The notes beneath the pieces are model-generated. The model ran no database searches, was not told the DNA's origin, and was given only the letters and a program-made list of their open reading frames with translations. Positions 58,083 through 64,000 of a stretch of 64,000 nt of DNA are shown one piece after another. The position numbers and the translations under genes are program-made. The stretch covers positions 128,001 to 192,000 of the forward strand of contig JBQPWD010000002.1 of the NCBI GenBank assembly GCA_052246995.1, in the 5' to 3' direction. The number at the start of each line of letters is the position of its first letter. The stretch's first letter is position 1. Source of the stretch: Candidatus Bathyarchaeota archaeon. Lineage in GTDB: Archaea; Thermoproteota; Bathyarchaeia; Hecatellales; Hecatellaceae.

Positions 58083-59513
58083 TTGGCCAGGGAGTCATGT
58101 GGAGTTATTGGGGTATATAGCAAAACGGGAAAAAGTGTGGCAGTGAAGATATTCTATGGGCTTATGGCTTTACAGCATAGAGGTCAAGAAAGCGCTGGTA
58201 TCGCACTTACAAATGGTGACGATAAAGTTTTTTTAAAAAAAGGTTATGGACTTGTTGGCGAAGCCTTACCATTTACTGAGATATCAATGCTTAATGGTAA
58301 AATTGGAATTGGTCATGTAAGATATCCAACTACTGGAAGCACAAGTTTAACCGATGCCCAACCATTTAACCTTGATGGTGTAGCCGCTTCGCATAATGGT
58401 ACAATAGTTAACTACGTTGAACTTAGAGAAGAGCTAAGAAGAAAGGGCGCATACTTTACCTCAACATGTGACATAGAAGTTCTATTAAACATTCTACTAC
58501 GGGAGTATAGAGAAAGAAAAGATTATTTTGAGGCACTTGCAGAAATGGATAAAGTTGTTGAGGGATCCTATTCGGTTGTATGTTTAACAGGTAAAGGTGA
58601 GATGGTCATTTTTAGAGATCCATATGGTTTCAAACCATTATGTTACGGTGAAAGTGATGAATACTTTATATCGGCTTCTGAAAGTGTTGCAATAGACATA
58701 TGTGGTGGACACCTAGTTTCAGATGTTCAACCAGGTGAAGCTTTACTAGCTTCAGATGGAAAAATCGAAAAAAAATGTTTTGCCAAACGTATGAAAAAAG
58801 CCTACTGTATGTTTGAGTACGTGTATTTTAGCAGACCTGATTCTGTAATTGAGGGTACAAGCGTTTATGATGTAAGAGTCAAGCTTGGGTTAAATCTCGC
58901 AAAAACTTATGAAAATAATGCTGACGTTGTTGTTCCTGTTCCAGACACTTCAAGACCTGCAGCTGAAGGAATAAGCAGGTATAGCGGTCTCCCTGTTGCT
59001 GAGGGCTTAATAAAAAACAGGTACATCCACAGAACTTTTATCATGCCTAGGCAAACTCTTAGAGAAGAATCTGTAAAAATTAAGCTTAATCCTCTTAAAT
59101 CTGTTCTTAAAGGTCGGCGAATTATATTGGTTGACGACAGCATTGTTAGAGGAACCACGATAAAAAACATTATTCGCATGATTAGAAACGCTGGAGCTAA
59201 AGAAGTTCATGTAAGAATTACTTGTCCACCAATAATTTCTCCATGTTTTTACGGTATAGATATCTCAACTTATGGAGAACTTATCGCCTTTAACCATTCA
59301 ATTGAAGAAATACGTAGAATTATTGGAGCTGATAGCTTAGGCTATCAAACAATAGACGGACTTGTAGACGCCATAGGTATAGGAAAAGATAAGCTATGTT
59401 TAGCATGCTTAACAGAAGAATATCCTACACCCAAAGCTCAAGAAATTGCAGACAGGATGAAGAAAAAATGTCCAACAAGTAGCACTAGATATTTTGAATT
59501 TAAAAATGGGTGA
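58083..59513 (+). CDS. purF: amidophosphoribosyltransferase (intact glutaminase domain)
   Basis: Short propeptide then CGVIG; QHRGQE, GHVRY, HNG, VDDSIVRGTT; Fe-S Cys in CMFEY, PCFYG, CLAC. Confidence 0.96.
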   Translation: MARESCGVIGVYSKTGKSVAVKIFYGLMALQHRGQESAGIALTNGDDKVFLKKGYGLVGEALPFTEISMLNGKIGIGHVRYPTTGSTSLTDAQPFNLDGVAASHNGTIVNYVELREELRRKGAYFTSTCDIEVLLNILLREYRERKDYFEALAEMDKVVEGSYSVVCLTGKGEMVIFRDPYGFKPLCYGESDEYFISASESVAIDICGGHLVSDVQPGEALLASDGKIEKKCFAKRMKKAYCMFEYVYFSRPDSVIEGTSVYDVRVKLGLNLAKTYENNADVVVPVPDTSRPAAEGISRYSGLPVAEGLIKNRYIHRTFIMPRQTLREESVKIKLNPLKSVLKGRRIILVDDSIVRGTTIKNIIRMIRNAGAKEVHVRITCPPIISPCFYGIDISTYGELIAFNHSIEEIRRIIGADSLGYQTIDGLVDAIGIGKDKLCLACLTEEYPTPKAQEIADRMKKKCPTSSTRYFEFKNG

Positions 59514-59518
59514 GACTT

Positions 59519-60862
59519 TTGGGGGGAATTGTAGGAATATACGGATTTAGTAAGGAGTGGCGAATGGCGAGGTTTACATATTATGCGTTACTAGCCCTTC
59601 AACATAGAGGTCAAGAAAATTGTGGAATAGCAACTTTCAACGGAGAAAGTTTATCGTTTTACAAGGGTTTTGGTATGGTAGATCAAGTTTTCTCAAATGA
59701 AAAAATTTTTGAGGGACTTCACGGATGGATTGGTATTGGAAGTGTTTCTTCTACGTCTAAGAATTCTTTAGAAAAAGTTCAACCAATAATTATCTCCGAA
59801 CCTAGAAATATTGCTTTATGCTACGATGGAAAAATATTAAATTGGAAAGAAATCTCTAAAAAAGAGTGTTTAAATGTAGAGGATGAAGACGAGTTTTTAG
59901 CTAAACTCTTTTCTAGCGAACTTATGAACGTTAAAGATTCCTTAACAGCCATGATTAATGTTATGAAGAAAATTAAAGGTGTGTACTGTATTATAGCATT
60001 GACCGATAAAGGTGAAATGATTGTTGCCAGGGATAAGTTTGGCGTTAAACCGTTAACAATTGGAAGTTTTGGTTTTGATTATGGAGTTGTTGCATCAGAA
60101 AGCTGTGTAATGGACGTGATTGGCGCGGATTTTAAGGGAGATATTCAACCTGGAGAAGTTTATCTTTTTGATGCTTACAGTATTGAAAGAAAACAGGTTT
60201 TTAAACCCCAGCCTAAGTATTGCTCATTTGAATATGTTTACTACTCCAGACCCGACTCTATAATAAACGGTAAAAGCGTTTACGAAGTTAGAGTAAAAAT
60301 AGGAGAAATACTTGCGGAAGAACATTCCACAACCAAGAAGGTTGATGTTGTTTTAGGCGTTCCAGAAACCGCAATACCTTTTGCTATTGCATACTCAAAT
60401 AAGACTGGAATACCTCTAGGTTTAGGTTTTGTTCAAACAGGTAGAAGAATAAGAAGTGCAATAAAACCTTCAGAATTTGAACGTATGGTTGGTGTTCAAC
60501 TTAAGCTTAATCCTATAAAATCCGCAATTACTGGTAAAAAAGTTGTTCTTGTAGATGATAGCGTCGTTAGGGGGACCACAACAAAAAACACGGTATATCA
60601 GATGAGAAACCGTATTGGAGCTAAAGAAGTTCATGTAAGAATTGGAAGCTCAAGGCTTATAGCTCCCTGCCCTTATGGTACTGACGTTCCAGAAAAAGAT
60701 GAACTTATAGCTGCAAACCTAACAGCCAAAGAAGTTAGTAAAGTTGTTGGTGCAGACACGTTTTACTGGCTCAGTCTTAAAGGTCTAGTAAAAGCCATAG
60801 GAATAGCAAGAAAAAATCTTTGTTTGGGGTGTTTTACTGGAAGGTACTTAAACATAAGCTAA
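59519..60862 (+). CDS. purF: amidophosphoribosyltransferase paralogue lacking the glutaminase nucleophile
   Basis: Begins MGGIVG (Gly for Cys). HVRY is replaced by SVSS and HNG by YDG. Retains QHRGQE, VDDSVVRGTT and four Fe-S Cys. Confidence 0.88.
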   Translation: MGGIVGIYGFSKEWRMARFTYYALLALQHRGQENCGIATFNGESLSFYKGFGMVDQVFSNEKIFEGLHGWIGIGSVSSTSKNSLEKVQPIIISEPRNIALCYDGKILNWKEISKKECLNVEDEDEFLAKLFSSELMNVKDSLTAMINVMKKIKGVYCIIALTDKGEMIVARDKFGVKPLTIGSFGFDYGVVASESCVMDVIGADFKGDIQPGEVYLFDAYSIERKQVFKPQPKYCSFEYVYYSRPDSIINGKSVYEVRVKIGEILAEEHSTTKKVDVVLGVPETAIPFAIAYSNKTGIPLGLGFVQTGRRIRSAIKPSEFERMVGVQLKLNPIKSAITGKKVVLVDDSVVRGTTTKNTVYQMRNRIGAKEVHVRIGSSRLIAPCPYGTDVPEKDELIAANLTAKEVSKVVGADTFYWLSLKGLVKAIGIARKNLCLGCFTGRYLNIS

Positions 60863-60883
60863 AAATTTTGGTGGGTATACGAG

Positions 60884-61435
60884 ATGGTTAAATTAGAGGT
60901 TGAAGTTAAGGTTAGAGTTGAAGACTTAGCTAAAGTTGAAGCTAACCTTAAAAAACTTATGGCAACTGAAGTAAGTTACGGAGTTCAAGAAGATTTATAC
61001 TTTAATGCGCCGCATAGAAACTTCATGATTACCGATGAAGCTTTAAGAATTAGAAAGTCAAATGGTAAATGTTTTTTAACATATAAGGGATGTAGAGTAG
61101 ATAATCAAGCAAAAACTAGAGAAGAGTTGGAAGTTGAGGTTGAAGATTTTGATAAGATTAAGCTTATTCTGGAAAGACTTGGTTTTAAGCCTCTCTACTT
61201 GATTAAAAAAATGAGGAAAACCTTTCAGTTTGAGAATTTAAAAATTAATTTAGATAATGTTGAAAAACTTGGAAGTTTTGTTGAGGTTGAAGGTTTTGCT
61301 GAAAATGAAAAAGAACGTGAAATAACAGTGGAAAATGTAAAAAAGGTGCTTTTAAAGCTAAATTTACATGATAAAAAACTGGAGGATAAAACGTATCTTG
61401 AACTTTTTTTACAAAAAGAAATGATAAAAAATTAG
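60884..61435 (+). CDS. CYTH/triphosphate-tunnel metalloenzyme (CyaB-like)
   Basis: EVEVK, DLYF, LRIR, TYKG, REELE, LGSFVEVE. Confidence 0.9.
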   Translation: MVKLEVEVKVRVEDLAKVEANLKKLMATEVSYGVQEDLYFNAPHRNFMITDEALRIRKSNGKCFLTYKGCRVDNQAKTREELEVEVEDFDKIKLILERLGFKPLYLIKKMRKTFQFENLKINLDNVEKLGSFVEVEGFAENEKEREITVENVKKVLLKLNLHDKKLEDKTYLELFLQKEMIKN

Positions 61436-61439
61436 AAGG

Positions 61440-62930
61440 GTGAGAAACTTCTTGCGTATTTTACTTGTAGGAGAAGGTGCAAGAGAACATGCAATAGCAG
61501 AGGCTATATCAAAAAGTTCGTATGAACCTAAGCTTTATGCAGCTATGAGTTTAAACAATCCAGGCATCTATAGTCTTTGCAAGAAAACAGGAGGAGATGT
61601 TTTACTTGGAAACTCAAAAAATCCTAAGTTCGTTGTTGAGGCTGCTAAAAAATTTAATGTTGACTTCGTTTTTGTAGGCCCTGAAGAACCTTTATTTCAC
61701 GGGGTTGCTGACAAACTTGAGGAAACCGGAATACCGTGTATTGGGGCTAAGCGCAAGCCAGCTGAGATTGAAATGTCCAAAGCTTTTATGAGAAGACTTA
61801 TGTGGAAGTATAAAGTTCCGGGAAGACTGAGATTTAAGGCTTTTAAAAGTGTTGATGAAGCTGTTGCGTACATTAAGGAGTACGCTGAAAGCGTGGCTTT
61901 AAAACCTGCTAGGCAGGCAGGAGGTAAAGGAGTTAAAGTTATAGCTGACCTTCAAGCTTATCTTAGGTCAGAAAAAACACATGTCAAAGAAAAACATGTT
62001 AAAGCAATAGACGAAGTTTATATGCATGAATTTACAGACATTGAAGATAGAATTTTAGTTGAAGAAAGAGTTGAAGGCCCGGAATACACTCTTCAAGCTT
62101 TTACTGATGGTAGGGTAGTTAAACCTTTACCCCTTGTTCAAGATAACAAAAATGCATTTGAAATGGATATTGGACCTGAAACTGGGGGTATGGGGTCTAT
62201 AGCAGGAAAAGGTAAACTTTTACCGTTTATAACCGATGAGGAGTATGAAACATCAACCAAAATTGTTGAAGCTTGTGTTAAAGCTGTAGAAAAAGAGTTT
62301 GGCGAAAAGTATAAAGGTGTTATCTCTGGACAAATGATGTGTACTGCAAGTTGGGGTCCAACAATAATAGAATTTTACAGTAGATTTGGCGACCCTGAAG
62401 CTGTAAACGTTTTACCAATAATGGAAACTGATATTGTTGATATTTGTGAAGCTATAATCGATGAAGGGTTGAATAAAGTTAAACTTAAGTTCGAGGATGT
62501 AGCTACGGTTGTAAAATGTGTGGCGCCAAAAGGTTATCCTGAAGAAAGGGAGATGGCTAAGGGTCATCCTGTACATGTTGATGAAGAGGCTATAAGGAGA
62601 GCAGGTTGTAAGGTTTACTATGGTTCAATAGACTTAAAAAGTAACGGTGAGATGATTTCAGGCGGTTCTAGACTTGTTGAAATTTTTGGTAAAGGTGAAA
62701 ACATTATTGAAGCTGGAGATGCTGTTGAGAGATGTGTACCATATGTTTGGCTTAAGGATGGTTGGGGAGTTTTCCACAGAAAAGATATAGGTTCAAAGGA
62801 ACTTTTGGAGAAAAGAATAGAACAAGCAAACATTGTAAGAGGTGTGTATAAGTATAGGTTAGAAAAGAAGCTTATAGGTAAAACAATAGAGTGGATACCT
62901 AAAAAGGGTAAAATCATCTTAGAGGCGTAA
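61440..62930 (+). CDS. purD: phosphoribosylamine-glycine ligase
   Basis: GEGAREHA, GPEEPL, AGGKGV, GPETGGMG, RFGDPE, GYP. Confidence 0.95.
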   Translation: MRNFLRILLVGEGAREHAIAEAISKSSYEPKLYAAMSLNNPGIYSLCKKTGGDVLLGNSKNPKFVVEAAKKFNVDFVFVGPEEPLFHGVADKLEETGIPCIGAKRKPAEIEMSKAFMRRLMWKYKVPGRLRFKAFKSVDEAVAYIKEYAESVALKPARQAGGKGVKVIADLQAYLRSEKTHVKEKHVKAIDEVYMHEFTDIEDRILVEERVEGPEYTLQAFTDGRVVKPLPLVQDNKNAFEMDIGPETGGMGSIAGKGKLLPFITDEEYETSTKIVEACVKAVEKEFGEKYKGVISGQMMCTASWGPTIIEFYSRFGDPEAVNVLPIMETDIVDICEAIIDEGLNKVKLKFEDVATVVKCVAPKGYPEEREMAKGHPVHVDEEAIRRAGCKVYYGSIDLKSNGEMISGGSRLVEIFGKGENIIEAGDAVERCVPYVWLKDGWGVFHRKDIGSKELLEKRIEQANIVRGVYKYRLEKKLIGKTIEWIPKKGKIILEA

Positions 62931-62951
62931 ACAGGTATTAGGTGAAGTAAA

Positions 62952-63356
62952 TTGAAGGGTAAAGTTGCAATCATACTTGGAAGTGAAAGAGATAGGAGTG
63001 TAGCTGAAGAAGCTGTAAAAGTATTAGAAAAAGTTGAAATAGCTTATGAAGTTAAGGTTTTGTCAGCCCATAGAAATCCTAAAGAACTTGAAGAATACAT
63101 TAAAAACTGTGATGCTGATGTTTTTATAGGCATAGCTGGGCTTTCAGCACATTTACCTGGTTTTATAGCCTCAAGAACAGATAAACCGGTTATAGGTGTA
63201 CCCTTAAATGTCCAGCTTGGAGGACTTGACGCGCTGCTTTCCATAGTTCAAATGCCTAAAGGTGTCCCTGTAGCATGTGTAGGCATAAATAACGCTGAAA
63301 ACGCAGCCTGGCTTGCATACAGAATTTTAAGTTTAAAAGAAAAGTTAACCAAGTAG
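62952..63356 (+). CDS. purE: AIR carboxylase/N5-CAIR mutase
   Basis: [33 protein letters not shown]. Confidence 0.95.
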   Translation: MKGKVAIILGSERDRSVAEEAVKVLEKVEIAYEVKVLSAHRNPKELEEYIKNCDADVFIGIAGLSAHLPGFIASRTDKPVIGVPLNVQLGGLDALLSIVQMPKGVPVACVGINNAENAAWLAYRILSLKEKLTK

Positions 63357-63641
63357 CCGAAAAAAGATGGTAAAAACAATTAAACATTTTTAGCATATGA
63401 TGACGGTCTAAGCTTAGAGTGTGACAGTGACTATTAAAGAAACTTTTCATCCTTTTAGTAAAAACTATCCGATAACTTAGTTAGGGATAAAGCTTTATCG
63501 AGAGTTTCACTATAAAAATAAAAACTGTTAAGCAGGTAATTCTTCACAGGTAAGATTAGATCAAACTGGTTTTCAACACTTCTTTCTGACTAATTTGTTT
63601 AAAAATTTTCCGGAGAAATTTAATATTAACTAAAGCAGCTT

Positions 63642-64000
63642 TTATGCTTGATATTTTTGTTTTATACGCACAAGGTTTTGACCACCAATCTTTAGTACGT
63701 CAATAATCCCTTCTTTTTTAAGCCTTTGGATCGTTCTCCAAACTGTTGTCTTCGGAAGTTTAAATTTTTCCCTGATTTCAGCTTCAAAAACTTCCCCGCC
63801 ACTATTAGCTATAAATTCTAAAACTTCTTTATCTTCTAATCTTAGCTGAGAGTGTTGTCTAAAAATTTTATCTAAGTTTATAGTAAAAGCCTTTTTAACA
63901 TAGCCAGTTTTAGACTCACCTTTTTTAAGCAGAAATTTGTAAGCTAAAATTCCAGCTAAAATTATGAGTATGACGGAGATGGCAAGATAAGTTAATATTG
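63642..64000 (-). CDS. membrane-anchored winged-helix protein (COG2512-like), C-terminal part, truncated by window edge and missing from the ORF track
   Basis: Open frame ILTYLAISVILIILAGILAYKF (TM)...EDKEVLEFIANSGGEVFEAEIREKFKLPKTTVWRTIQRLKKEGII...GGQNLV*. Confidence 0.85.
   Translation of the reverse strand, partial: ILTYLAISVILIILAGILAYKFLLKKGESKTGYVKKAFTINLDKIFRQHSQLRLEDKEVLEFIANSGGEVFEAEIREKFKLPKTTVWRTIQRLKKEGIIDVLKIGGQNLVRIKQKYQA

Noticed and set aside
42260-62930. Inteins or introns in thrS, proS, pyrG, purF or purD
   Set aside because: Protein lengths are normal, and no splice-junction or homing-endonuclease motifs were seen.
24-63450. Numerous 60-190 aa antisense and alternate-frame ORFs in the track (e.g. 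246-830, 8987-9355, 15720-16175, 37057-37290, 62618-62974)
   Set aside because: They lie over well-supported genes, show shadow-ORF composition and have no motifs. 37057-37290 is the antisense of the real lysW.

Overview
AT-rich archaeal chromosomal segment made up almost entirely of housekeeping genes. Ribosomal protein S26e, an arcadin-1 homologue, CarS, archaeal MAT, AroA'/AroB', LysW and CofE point to the TACK group, plausibly Bathyarchaeia (inference). It holds leuCD/hacAB-argG; a nine-gene aspartate-to-chorismate operon (ask-asd-aroA'-aroB'-aroD-aroE-aroK-aroA-aroC); glyA-hisC-ACT-serB; thrC-hom-ask; a his operon; lysW-X-Y-Z-J; thrS, proS and rps26e; purine/SAM salvage genes; purF-purF-CYTH-purD-purE; and one intron-containing tRNA-Gln(CUG). 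I saw no CRISPR array, rRNA, IS element or att-bounded provirus. The most interesting signals are not in the ORF track. (1) A perfect 14-6-14 dif/loxP-like site lies in the promoter of a lone tyrosine recombinase, with a repeated TCCAA-T4-TTGGA motif nearby. (2) A 58-codon Trp-Trp leader ORF with a 13-bp stem overlaps the start of the chorismate operon, resembling attenuation. (3) A citramalate-synthase gene has its only SD-led ATG out of frame, in a prfB-like context before an Ile codon (programmed +1 frameshift or 1-nt error). (4) There is an orphan arcadin-1. (5) A glutaminase-dead PurF sits in tandem with an intact one. All calls are by eye from motifs; no database searches or folding programs were run.
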